64,000 nt of DNA from Zygnema circumcarinatum SAG 698-1b. Taxonomy: Eukaryota > Plantae > Zygnematophyceae. A program made the translations under genes and the position numbers. Below are positions 17,130-29,200 of this stretch, one piece after another. Where the stretch lies: contig CM074817.1 of the NCBI GenBank assembly GCA_037447605.1, forward strand, positions 1,860,001 through 1,924,000, in the 5' to 3' direction. Numbering within the stretch: the first letter of the stretch is position 1; each line of letters opens with the position of its first letter. Under the pieces are notes generated by a model, which was not told the origin of the DNA, made no database searches, and saw only the letters and a program-made list of their open reading frames with translations.

Positions 17130-20100
17130 TCAGCCATGCAATGCATGGGCCACTATCTCCTTCCCAACGTGAACAGAGGCTACTCCCGAATAACCCATCA
17201 TCTCTGCACCCCTCCTCTTTGCCCGGGCCTTCTGACTCTGCTTCCTCCAATATCGTCTTGACTCGGGTTTCTGCTTCCGCTTCCTGCCACTGTGCGGCTT
17301 TGAGGGGTCACCAATAACGGCCGACCTTGTCCTTCGCCCCTCTGAGCCATGGCAGCCCATTGTCGGCGAATCATCAACTGATCCTCCATGAAGTGCCTCT
17401 GAAAAATAGGACCTGAAGTCTGCATCCACGTCATTGAGGGTTGGTGTGCCAATGTTGGAGGGAATAGCCAGAGCGAGCTGCAAACAGGCGGGGTATCACC
17501 ATGAAGTTTAACATGCTTTGTTCTCCATATAATCTTGCGTACAGTGTGGATCAAGGATAAAGGCAGACTTCAAGTCAAACAAGGGTTGCAAAAGATCCCT
17601 ACTGCATACAAGGGTCTATTGCCCATACATCCGTATAGATGTTGAACAAAGACTTGAGGGCAGAATGAATGCAGAACACAGGCATTAGCACTGACATGTC
17701 AGCTTTCACATGCTAAAAACAGCCTTTTCGTACATTTAAAGCAAAACTTCACGTGCTGTTTCTGTCTTACCCTGTCTTGAATCACAACTGGAGGACGATG
17801 AGGTTCCCAACCATGTATAGCTGGCTGAGCAAGCAATAGCCCTGATACAGAAACTGGATGAATAGCAGGAAGCTGAGTGTATGGCATTCGCCTATCGCCT
17901 TCAAAGTGTGGCCGGTGAAGCCCTTGTGCAACAATACCCCCCCGTGCTCCAAACATCATTCTGTCTACAGAAGGCATCAATAGCCCATCTCCATAAGCAC
18001 TTCTCTCGTTTCCAACATGAGCTGCGGCCGTAGGTATGCCCATCTCCTGAGCAGGAAATGGTGGAGGTCGAAATCTCTGCATGTAACAACGAACAAGTTG
18101 ACAAGCCAAATCTCCAGGAATTCATTTGTACAACGGCTAGCAAGACTAAGCGTGGAGCAAGAGAAAAACATATTCATACATCATCCTCATTTAGAGCACA
18201 GTTCCAATGTTTGATTGGTATGCATATGGTTTGATTTGCGAAAAAGGGATACAAACCTGCACTTTTCTCGCGATTCCTAGCTCCGATGCACGAAAGGAAA
18301 AAAATGGACAATGCGAACGACTAGAAATTTCATTCACTGTGGTGTACACTATCAACACAATGGCAATTGCCATCCAGATGAAGATATCTTTTGTCTGTTC
18401 GAAGTGTACTCTTACAGAGAATCGCTCTCTTGCAACCTCGCACCTGCGCATCTCAGAGTCTTTTAGGGGTTTTAGGGTTTTTAGCCACAACTATCGCATG
18501 TAACCATGCATTTAACATACCATTCGTGTCTCCACAGATTGGTGAGCTGATGCTGGTGGTTCCCTGTGTAAAATTTGATCCCTCGGCCTTCGTGCGACCA
18601 TCTGGTGGTGCTCCTCAATCAACTGCTGCAAGACCATGGAAACAAAAAAATAGGTCATCGTGAATTCACCATCCTTCATCTGATAGTGTGTAATTACACT
18701 TGCTCACCACAGGGTTTAAGTATCCTGCAAACCTACCGTTTTTAGACATGTTGGGTTTTTCAAGTATTTCTGCTCAAACTACTCTTTACTGATCTGAGCA
18801 TACTTAAGCTCAACAGGTGTGAGAGCCCTACTTCGAGCAGTCTTTGTGCCTTCTACGTTTTTCTCCATTATTCACCTCTTCTCACCTTGTTAAACTCCGC
18901 ATGAACCTCCTCCGTCTGAATCGGTGTTGTGAACAACTTGTTCTTGATTTTGGCTTTCTTCTTCTTTCGCCCCTCCTGCGGAAGGTTTGGGCTCCTAACT
19001 TGAACTTCATCTGGACCACCTTTACGCTTTTTGCCACGCCGTTCTTCACTTGTTGGTCGCAGGTCAGCTCCAAATTGGTAACGCGTGCGATCAAGGTCCA
19101 AAACGGACAATAGCACCTTCTCCTCGCCCCAACATTGCTGCAAGCTTTGTGCTGCTGCTAAGAACTCTGAACGAACTTCGTCAATGCGATAAGACACACG
19201 ACCGATGTCATTCTCCGGAGCCTGTAAGAAACCCCGGCAGATGAAGACAACAATCAACACTTGCATGCTATTCTAACTGTGAAGACTCATTCCACCTTTC
19301 AACGACCACAGTTTTGGGCTTGGCCGGTTAACGTGATTAGATGTTCCATTTACTCGAATAAGTCATTATGATTCTGATTGTGTAACTACAAGCAACAACA
19401 TGCAAGTTCATATGTTGCAGCAGCTCATGCCTGTGGGTCCTCAACAGAAAGAAGCTCAGGATTGTCGATATTTTCCCATCCTCGCTCCTGCTTCGACCGA
19501 GGCCGCCCACCTCTGGTTGCAACCACATCATAGAGGTAATTGTGCAATTTTCCATAGCACATAAAGAAACCTAAAAGAAGCTTCCCAAGGTCATCAGTGC
19601 CAGCCTCCCCCATCAAGTCCTGCAATATGACGGTTCGAGAAATAACATTAAGTTATAAAATGAAGACGGTGATTCAAACGAAAAAGAGCAATTGTTCTAT
19701 AACAGCCAATGCGCCTAGAAGGAGTATCAAGATAAACTTTCAGGCCTCAAGCCTCGTAACGAGACAAACCTGCAGATATGAAACAACCATGTTAAGGAGG
19801 CAATAGCTCCCAATACCGCCACGGAAAGCCTCATTCAAGCTCCGCTGGCCGAGAAAACACTTCAATAATAAACATAATGGTCGCAATGCTGAGTACTCCT
19901 GAAGTTGTTGCAGTACAAAGGGAACAGCTCGTGGGCCATTGAGGACATCAAAAGCCACATCGATTTTGAGCCCGCTCTCTCGCATCACAACTTTTAAGAT
20001 GGGCACTCTTGCAAAAGCAATAGGTTCAAGGTCTTGCACCAATTGCCTCTGCTTCAAACGATTCATCAAGGGGCGCAACCATTCCCAGGCTGCAGCTTTC

Positions 20101-21105
20101 TGCCGCTTCGAGGAACCAGAATCCAAAATTGTATTTGGAATCCCCTTCCGTGACTCTATTGCAAGATCAACATCGGACCCCGGCAAAGCAAGGCCTGTTG
20201 CACTCGACCCAAAGATATGAAGTATTGCTTGAGGCCATATGCAACGGACAACATCGTTAATTTCTGCCACTGCTTCCAGCCGCTGCCGATTCTCGTCTTC
20301 TGAAAGCTGCAGCCACTGTAACAACAAACAGCTCTAGTAGCGAATATCAGTTCAAATGTTAAGTTGACAGACTTGAAAGTGACCGAGTATTGCAACAGCG
20401 TAGTAGCAACCAAGCAGGAATAACGTGAAGAAAGCGCCGTGACGAAACTATAGCTTGGTGAAATGACGAGAGGAGTTTGCAGTTTGCAGAGAGCCACAGT
20501 TCATCTAATTGCTGCCCGACAAGTTACCATATCGTCAAAAAAAATCGGAAAAGCGTAAAACCCAAGTCATTAAACGAGCCCATTTATCAAAGAAGATACT
20601 AAGTTTCTTCCTCCTTTGTTCCTTAAAGTATCAAGGCTAAACGAGGCATCGATGCACGGGCCTGGCAAAATGACATAATTTCCCAATGCAGGGAGGAAAG
20701 ACCCGGTGAACGCTGCTGCCAAGATCTCCACCAGGTCCGAGCAGCTGCGCTGCGCCCTGTAGACCCACGCGCTTCCTGAAGCCGCCTCCCTGAAGAAATA
20801 GGACCACGTGCAGTACTAAAAGAAGGTCGTGCTTCCACACTATCCGCATAACGCAAGTACGTTTCCTTCTCCCTTCCTTCTGTATTGTCAACACCCTGCG
20901 CAGTCCAGTGCACTTGCAGCGTTTCATCTCCGCTCTCTCCCTCCGCCTCCCCTCCCGCGTCCCCGACATCATCACCCGACTCGTCTCCTACCACAAATGG
21001 CTGCGGAAAGTTCCTCTCTGCTCTATCCACTATTTGCTTCTCAGAAAAACCGCCGCTTTCCTTCTCTAATGCCGTCACCATGCTTGCAAGCTCCACAGCA
21101 GCCAT
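17130..21105 (-). CDS. Non-canonical poly(A) polymerase / terminal nucleotidyltransferase, TRF4/PAPD5-like; core well supported, C-terminal tail exons tentative
   Basis: Core exons 21105..20662, 20315..19770, 19619..19431, 19221..18886 (or read-through to a stop at 18868). Phase-0 tail exons 18625..18521, 18076..17771, 17477..17130 are tentative. Motifs LHWEIMSFC, IFGSSATGLALPGSDVDL (GS..DxD), ARVPILK, IDVAFD, LRPLCLLLKCFLGQRSLNE..GGIGSY, LSVEDPQ|APENDIG. Introns 1 and 3 require GC donors. Confidence 0.8.
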
Positions 21106-21299
21106 GGCCACAGCTCACGTCTGGCCTTAGAAGTTGCTTAAGACGCCCCTTCGTCCAGAAATGACGCCATGGAAAGGTGTGCGCTTGCAGGCTCTATGAC
21201 CGCCTGTCCGCCGTAAGGGCTGTGCTCGCACGGGGCGGCACCCATCGACTGCTGAGGATTTCAGGAATTAAACATTGACGCGATCGGCTTGGAAAATTA

Positions 21300-22140
21300 A
21301 TATATATATATATATATATATATTGGGTTGAATGCAAGGGGAAGTCTGGGATTTGGAGCTGGAGAGCTCAGTCCTCTACCTTGCTTCAAGCTGGAAACCA
21401 GCATTACAATGTTAGTAAAGTCCGCTAGCAGGCTAGGAGCTCTAGGGGGCGCCCTAAGGTTTGGCTTGGGACATTTTGGTACCAGAGTTTGAACAACTGG
21501 GTTTGAACACCAGACCACCCGGTACCCACACCAATGCTTTACCATTAAAAGGCAACCGCGATTGTAAACATAATGCCATACAACCAATTTATAGCGTTTC
21601 GCTATATATATATATAAATTGGTTGTATGGCATTATGTTTACAATCGCGGTTGCCTTTTAATGGTAAAGCATTGGTGTGGGTACCGGGTGGTCTGGTGTT
21701 CAAACCCAGTTGTTCAAACTCTGGTACCAAAATGTCCCAAGCCAAACCTTAGGGCGCCCCCTAGAGCTCCTAGCCTGCTAGCGGACTTTACTAACATTGT
21801 AATGCTGGTTTCCAGCTTGAAGCAAGGTAGAGGACTGAGCTCTCCAGCTCCAAATCCCAGACTTCACGCTATAAATTGGTTGTATGGCATTATGTTTACA
21901 ATCGCGGTTGCCTTTTAATGGTAAAGCATTGGTGTGGGTACCGGGTGGTCTGGTGTTCAAACCCAGTTGTTCAAACTCTGGTACCAAAATGTCCCAAGCC
22001 AAACCTTAGGGCGCCCCCTAGAGCTCCTAGCCTGCTAGCGGACTTTACTATCATTGTAATGCTGGTTTCCAGCTTGAAGCAAGGTAGAGGACTGAGCTCT
22101 CCAGCTCCAAATCCCAGACTTCCCCTTGCATTCAACCCAA
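21300..22140. repeat. Triplicated ~260-270 bp unit arranged inverted-direct-direct (a large palindrome plus a tandem copy), with (TA)n tracts
   Basis: 21323-21595 is the reverse complement of 21867-22140; 21602-21865 is a direct copy of the latter. One SNP distinguishes copies (CTAACATT vs CTATCATT). (TA)n at 21300-21322 and at the palindrome centre. Confidence 0.93.
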
Positions 22141-22407
22141 CGCCCCTTTGTACGCTCCACCCGTCGAACCCTTTACCAGCGTAAGGGACCGGGAGCAGGG
22201 CTAGCCAATGGCGTAATGCCACGTGGCCAAACGGCTGGTCTCATGCCCATGGCATGGGAAGTCAGCGGATTGTGGTCACATGAACTTTCCCAATGCGGGA
22301 GCAAGACATGCCACGGCGGTTGTGGTCGCGCTTCAACCGTAACGCGCGACGCCGCAAAACCGCCGTCAGTCCGTACTATCCGTACTAAAGAATCGAAGGA
22401 TGATATA

Positions 22408-22998
22408 CAGTGGGGGGTCCTCGTATTTACCACCCTAAGGAGTGCGTCCTCAATATTTTCGCCCCGATTTTGCCGAAACCACCTCTTTGTACGGTAACTT
22501 GTGTTAGCCGTACTGTTCGTACTGTTCGTACCGTTGGTACTTTCCGTACTATTCGTACCATCTGTACTAGCCGTTACGGGCTTACGCAAAACTCACCTAA
22601 TCTCCCCGCTCGTGCCGCCGTAAGAGGCGCTCGCTCTTCTCCCCTTCTTCCTGGCTTCGATACGATACGATAAGAAACGACCGGTACGATACTATACGAT
22701 ACGAGGCGATACGATACGAGACGCCTCGATAGGGTATTGTTCGTACGTGCCGTACGAGCTGAGACGAACAACAGAGCGGAAAACTACGTCTGCGTCGCGA
22801 TATGGCATGATACGATACGATACTAAACGAGACAGTACGATACGGTACGATATCATACGGTACGATACGTACGGTCCAACATGAACTCTAACAGAATACC
22901 GCCCGTCTATTCGTAACACGAACCTTATATATGCAAAATTAATATTTTCGCCTCATATTGGCCGGAACCAGGGTGGAAAATATGAGGACCCCCTACTG
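22408..22998. mobile_element. Tc1/mariner-type non-autonomous element, 591 bp, related to the 15786 MITE
   Basis: TA|CAGTGGGGGGTCCTCGTATTTACCACC ... GGTGGAAAATATGAGGACCCCCTACTG|TA; internal AATATTTTCGCC motifs as in the 15786 element; interior rich in CGTAC and (CGATA)n. Confidence 0.8.
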
Positions 22999-23149
22999 TA
23001 TTTTGAACTCACGATGGCAAAGCCATCAAACGTACATGAAGGAAATCAACATCGGGAACCAAAGGGAGCGGTCACAATGGACTAAAGGTCAAAGAAAAAG
23101 CTTCTGAACGGATGTCTACTCCTAGGCTCAACAACACGGCACTAGAAGA

Positions 23150-23505
23150 AGCCGCGAAGGTCGCCAATATGTGGCGCAGCACGCGTAGGAAGGGGTGGAA
23201 GACCACCGGGACGAGCACCAACAACCTCCGCACGCCGGAGGATGGTGGAAGCCAGGCAACGCTGCAAGGCGATAGAAATGCGCTGTCGATAAAAAGCCGC
23301 GAGGATCGCTGGGGAAGGGCTTCCTTCTGGGGCTGTGCGCGCATCTCAAAGGAGCGATGGGCGCACTGGCGAAGGAAGACATCCAACCGAGCATCGAGGC
23401 AGCCAAAAATCTCGACCGCCAACGGAACAAACTCATCGGCCGAGTCGCGATGAGCATACGCGCGCTCCTTGCGAAGCGCCGCGTCTCGAGCAGCGGCGAA
23501 AATTT
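23150..23505 (-). mobile_element. 5'-truncated, frameshifted relic of a CRE/SLACS-like (RLE-endonuclease) non-LTR retrotransposon, C-terminal region
   Basis: Translation across one frameshift near 23312: AAARDAALRKERAY...FVPLAVEIFGCLDARLDVFLRQCA.../AILAAFYRQRISIALQRCLASTILRRAEVVG. This fits the pattern A..K..Y...F.P.A.E.FG...FYRQR.S.ALQR of RLE-type LINE C-termini, recognised from memory with no database search. Confidence 0.7.
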
Positions 23506-25097
23506 TAAAACTGCAATTTAAAGTTTGAGTTTGCTTATGAACATAAGCATTTAAGGTTCAGAGAATTTTGTTTCCTAGAAGAGGAAAACAGTTTTCCAAC
23601 AGGAACATGCTTTCATTGGTTTTTGACATTGTGCTCTGTGAGGGGTCGCCATTTGTGCTCTTTGAAAGGCCTGCGCAATACTGTGAAGGACGGATGTAAA
23701 TTGTTGGTCGCACATGGCTCTCGAATGGTCCATCAGAATCATCATCATACATCAGAACTCCGCTTGCACTTGTAACTTGAAAATTGAAGTTTGAATGACA
23801 AGTGGAGCCTTATTCCTACACCACTTAAGTTCTGCAACTGCAGATGATATGGACTCAATTATCAGTCAAGTTAGAGATAGGATTTGCCGCTTTATGTCCA
23901 CATGTCCATACCCCTTGTCTTGGGGAAGGGGCAAAACACCATCTCAGTCCTTCCTCATCCAGGTTGGAACGGTATAAATAGAGAACTTTACCACAACATC
24001 GACAATTAGGCACACTTAGTCAGCAGACAAGTGTAGATAAAGGTTAGAAAGGAAAGTTTCGTCATTGTATAATCATAAGGGGAAAAGCAGACCTAAGTTT
24101 TGCCTCTGTGAAGTCACACGCCGCTGGAAGGCATCAATGCTCACTAGAAAAGTCCCATTGTTTCTTCTTGGTCCCCAGTGCACACACTAAGTCCTCGGTT
24201 AGAGGGAGAAATGACGTCGGTACTTCACAGCAATAACACGGCCCACACAATTTCTGGCCGAAAAATGTAGAGAAATTGCCAGGCAACCTCTGCACAGGCA
24301 GAACGCATAAGTATGATACATAACGAGGAAGATAGGCGCAGGTTTCATAGCAGAGTTTTGCATAATCAGGGTATATCATTTACGCCGATGAGTAGGAATA
24401 CAAGCGTAGAACGGGTCAAATAGGGACGTTTATGGGCAACAGAGTGGCCGTGTTCTTTTCAGGCCATCCATGCTCAAGTGTTCCAAGCAAAAGAGCACCC
24501 ACTTTCTCTGACAGCAAAAGTTTTTGCGACGGTTGACAACAAATCAATATCTCAAGTATTCAATGCTCAAACCAAGATGAACAGTTAACAGCGTTCATTC
24601 CAAGACAGGAACGTTCTTGACTATGAAAGGAGGCTCCCGCTGTGACAAAGCGTGGAAAAGTGCAGGACGCAAAAACATGTGTCGCTGAATATTATATGTT
24701 TACGAAAGAGCAAAATGGAATGCAGCAGTAGACATGGATTGAAAGCCATCGAAACTCCTTGCATTAATTCCACAAAGGGGAACATGAATTAATGCGAAAA
24801 AATTCTTCAGTCGTTATGCAAAGTGTGGTAAAATGAAGTCAGAATTAAATAAACCAAATGGAAAACAGCATCCGCGACAAGATTTTTTTTCAGATTTACG
24901 TGACGATGCACAACTAAAAAGTGCATAGTTATTTGCACAATGACAACCTGTGAATTCCTACCAATCGGCAGAATGTCGTCTGCAGGAGAACCTCCCACAG
25001 TCCAATCTTCGGCGAGAGAATGCGAGCGCAAGTGTCACATCCCACACAGGCTCTGCCGCATCTACAGAAGCTCATATCAGTGTCCGATAAAGTTGCC

Positions 25098-25482
25098 CTA
25101 CTTTTTCTTCAGCTCGTCTTCAAGCTCGCGAACGGTTGCCTTTAAGGAGTTAATCTTATCTTCCAGCTCCCGCCGCGCAGATTCCTTCCCAAACATGTAA
25201 CCGTACCTGAATGGGGAGCAGCAATCTGTTTCAGCAGGCTTCAGTCAAGTTTCAGAAAATGACTCCGGTATTCCAACGAGCAACTCACCTCCACCACTCA
25301 CCACTCACCACTCACCTCTCACCCCTCACTCACCTCACCAACTCACCTCACCTGGTCACCTGTTCTGCAATGTGAGGCCCTGCAATGCTCAAGCTCAGGG
25401 AGCCATCAAGCTCTGTATCTTACCAGCAGGTGAGCGCCGAGAAAGCGGCGACCACCGTCGCCCCTTGTGCCCTGGACGCCAT
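25098..25482 (-). CDS. Small 55-aa two-exon protein (N-terminal hydrophobic segment plus C-terminal coiled coil), uncharacterised
   Basis: Exons 25482..25424 and 25206..25098 joined by a GT-AG intron (TG|GTAAGA ... TTCAG|G) give MASRAQGATVVAAFSALTCWYGYMFGKESARRELEDKINSLKATVRELEDELKKK*; strong start context GAGCCATGG. The intron contains (CTCAC)n. Confidence 0.75.
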
Positions 25483-26210
25483 GGCTCCCGTCTCCAGGCC
25501 TGCCTCCTCTCCTCTCCCTCCATTTCCAATGGCAGCTCGCCACCTTGGCAATTTTGTACACGTGGCGGAGTCTTATTGGAGAACTTCCAACCCTTTTTGG
25601 AGTTTCCACATAGTAGTGGATGCCGCCGTGCCCTTCACTGCCATGCTGTGAGGGAAGTCGCCTTTCTTGTGAAGGAGAAGGGGACGAGGGGAGGCCATGG
25701 CGACATTAGGACGATGTTATGAAGACGATTTTTTAGGGTTGTGATTGTGTTGAGGTGCAAGTGGACGTGTCATGAGTGGAGTAGAGTCTGAAAAGGGAAT
25801 TGAAACAGAAATTGCACTCGTGGATTGAGGTGCTTGATGAGAAGCTCCCATGAAAGGAAAATGGCTTTAGCAGAGGAGCTCACTTTCATGACTTCACGAT
25901 TTAATGAAATTCTAACGAATGTGAGTCGTCTTGAGCTTCATCCCGTTAAATTATAACGGGCTAAACGCGAGCAACAAGAGCGGCTTTGTCATGCCCAAGT
26001 GCAAATGAGAGCGAAGGAAACAGGTCAAGACTTTCATGATTTGCTTTTCAAGCATTTCCAAATGCCTGCTTGCTCCTTGAACAGCTCACTGCCCTCTACA
26101 TCTGCTTACAAATTCAATAACTGACAGTTCGAATGTACACAAAACAACGAGCAGCAAGCTTTGGGTTAGCTGGCAAGCTCAACCGCTTCTCTCCCAGAGA
26201 AGTGCCCCCC

Positions 26211-29200
26211 TCAAAAGGCGCCCACTTCAACTCCATTGTGGTATAAGGTTACACTATTGTTGGGTCGCCACTCGAGTCGAAACCCTAAATCAAGCGTAAG
26301 CAGTGCTGTGGCCATAGGGGTCTGCCCTCTCCTACTGCTCATCTGCAAACTCACATCGCCAGAAACCCCACTTCTCAGAATGCAAAACAAGATGGGTCCT
26401 TCAACCTGCAAGCCACTCCCCTCTCAATTCCCAGGCTCTCCACATGCACGTGTTAGCGTTCTCTACATGTATGTACATAAAATTGAGCACAGAGTAACCC
26501 CCCACCACCAAATTCTAACTCCTCCTAACACCAAACAATCAGACACACAACCCACTGGCCACATGCATTGCCAAACAGTTGGGGGGGACCCACCTCAATG
26601 CTTGGACTCTGAATTGGAGTTCCCCCAACGAGACTTGGAAACGATGAGATGCCGGGAAGGGGCGGCACGAGGACCATCTTGGAGCAGTGCATGAGAGAGG
26701 GGCCGCGGCTTAGCTTCTCCCACCATTGGGACCCTAGAGACCACCAACGCAGGACCATTCCTCGCTGCGAGAAAGCCACCAATCCCTCACCATCTGGCGA
26801 GAATGCAATAGCAGAGATACCTCCCAGACTCCCTAAAGATGATAACTTGGTCGTATTTCCGCCACGATTATGCGGACCCATGAGACCAGGGTGGCCAGGA
26901 GGTCCGCTTGCGTCAAGAATTCGGACTTTCGCGGCACTGCAAATCGAGAAAAGAGGTCATCAACTGAGGAGATTTGATTGATGTTAGTGAGTGTTTATGG
27001 TTAAGCATACAGTTGCACCTTCGTTAGAGGATTTCCTGATCCTAAGAACACGTTTGTGAGGGGGCAAGCTATAAAGGAGCCTATATGAAACCACGCTGCA
27101 GTGGAAACACTTGAGAATGCTGTACAGGTCCAATTGAGTAACGAAGATATAGAACACGAAAACAGAATCGAATGGAGAAGCAAACTTCAAATGGATATGA
27201 GGACCAAAAGCAGAGCAGATGAGGGAAAGAGAGAGAGAGCAGAAGAGCAGATGTAACAAACAAACAAAAAAACTGCCTACACGGGAGACACTGAACAAAC
27301 CCAGAAACGATTGACGACCTCAAGTACGAGATCATCTCAGTACTCTGTCAAACTCACTGAAAGCCCTCCAATGACAGAGCGACACCTGTGCAGATCATAA
27401 ATGTGGATTGCCACTTGAGCTGAGTCCACGAGGGCCTCTCCAACTGCAAGCCGAGCGTGTGCATGTGCACTCGTTCCGTTATGGATTGCTGCCGTTGCAA
27501 AGTACTTCGGCAATTCCACAATGATTTCCATGACTCCTTGAAGGCACGTCTTTCGCAGAGCATTGGAAGCTGGGTCGATTGCCTGCATCAGAAGCACTGC
27601 AACCTGTCCCAATACAAAGTAAAACTCCAAAGCTTAGGGCTATACTTAGCACCGAACATCATGTCGAGAATGAAATTCAACGACAAGAAGTCACTTGGCG
27701 ACATGTCTGACTGTTGCTATTGCCCTCGTCTCAAGATTTCTCAGAATTCAGTTGTTTTTTTGGATAACAGAAGATGACAAGGGCCAGCCCTTACCATGGC
27801 AGGCTCACCTGATTTAGGTGTGAAATCGCTGCTCGTGGATTGCCTCTGATTGCCGCAAGCAATGCAGCAAAAGCGATTTTGTGAACAGTCGACTCTGCCG
27901 GAAGGGTTATAAGCTGGTTGTGGATGGATGCAAGGAATGCAGGCATGTTCGCTGAAGCCAATGTTGGCAACAAAGCTCTTGTTAGAGTCTCCTTCATTGT
28001 CACTCCCACGCTCACATTTGCAGCTCCACCTACTCCATACAGCATCTCTCCCTCTTCCTTGCCAGTTCCCACGAGTTCCCTCCATCCTCCAAGACTCTCA
28101 CAGAGAGTAAACACGTCTGCTATTAGTCGAGGGACTTGAGGACCAATGAGAGGAAGCCACGTGGACTGCATTCCTTCAGCCAAAAGGTCTGCTGCTGCTG
28201 CTGAATGCTGACTGTTTGCAGCTCTCACCAGACTCAACAAAGGGGGTGCAACTGCAGGGGCTAAATCTGGTCTGCCTTTACTTGGATACCAAATAGAAAG
28301 TGCTGCTGACATAATAATACGAGCTTGGCGTGCATCACGTGCCCCCCCCCCTACCCATGCAATCCAATCCTTATCATCTCCAGATTCAAGCCACCTACTA
28401 ACTTCCGAAGGTTCCCAACCTCCCCAGTCCGGTTGGGGGGGTACATTGATAGCCAATATGGAGGAAGCACGTGGGGCAGGTCGAGAAGAATTAGAAGTTG
28501 GGGTATTGGATGCAGAGGAGGGAGGTGTTAACAACATTTCGAACTGAGAAGAAGGGGTTTGGGATCGAGAAGGATTGAGAGAATCGGGAGTAGGTGGGAA
28601 TAGAAGAGCATGGCTGGTTAAATTTCCTGCTGCTCCTGCACCTGCATGTACTTTAGGGCGCAAGAATGAAGGGAAACTCCGAAGCGCTGCAGAATGAAAA
28701 AGGGACCTTGATGCAGAACGGATATTCACATCTTGATCTTGCCAAAAGCAAGCTAGGATTTCCAAGGAAGGGGGAGAGATCACTTGCAACTTCTTTTTGA
28801 GTGGATTCCACGTACTCGATACTCCCTCCTTCATTATTTGGCTGTAATGCTCAGCAAGTTTGAGACAGGTTGACTGAGCAGATCGGTTGAGAAGAGCGAG
28901 ACTTTTTGACAAAGCGATGATTGCTACGCAATGTATGGCAGAAAAAGCGGGAGTCGAGCTCCAAAATTCAAACTTTGACTCCTTGTTTGGCAGTCCTAAC
29001 GTTAGAGCACCCTTATCCCCTATCACTGCTCCTCCTACCCACACTCCGTCAGGAACAGACACTCTCAAATCCGACCTTAGCCGCTTGTCTAAGTTGGAGT
29101 CCAACCCCCAAATGTGTAAAAAGGATAACGCCAATCGGAGAGACCTTCCCTCCAGCCCTAAAAGTTTGAAATCCATATCTACAGATGCTTTTAACATTTC

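Noticed and set aside
20814-20860. Possible extra intron in exon 1 of the TRF4-like gene (GAAAC|GTACTT)
   Set aside because: The frame is open without it, and the candidate acceptors are out of phase.
21297-22184. Three near-identical ~97-aa ORFs (MVVWHYVYNRG...)
   Set aside because: They merely reflect the triplicated repeat; GTG/TTG-type starts and no coding signal.
23558-25050. Short ORFs downstream of the 55-aa gene (a possible main ORF if the small ORF were a uORF)
   Set aside because: I could not assemble any recognisable spliced protein; it is likely UTR or intergenic.
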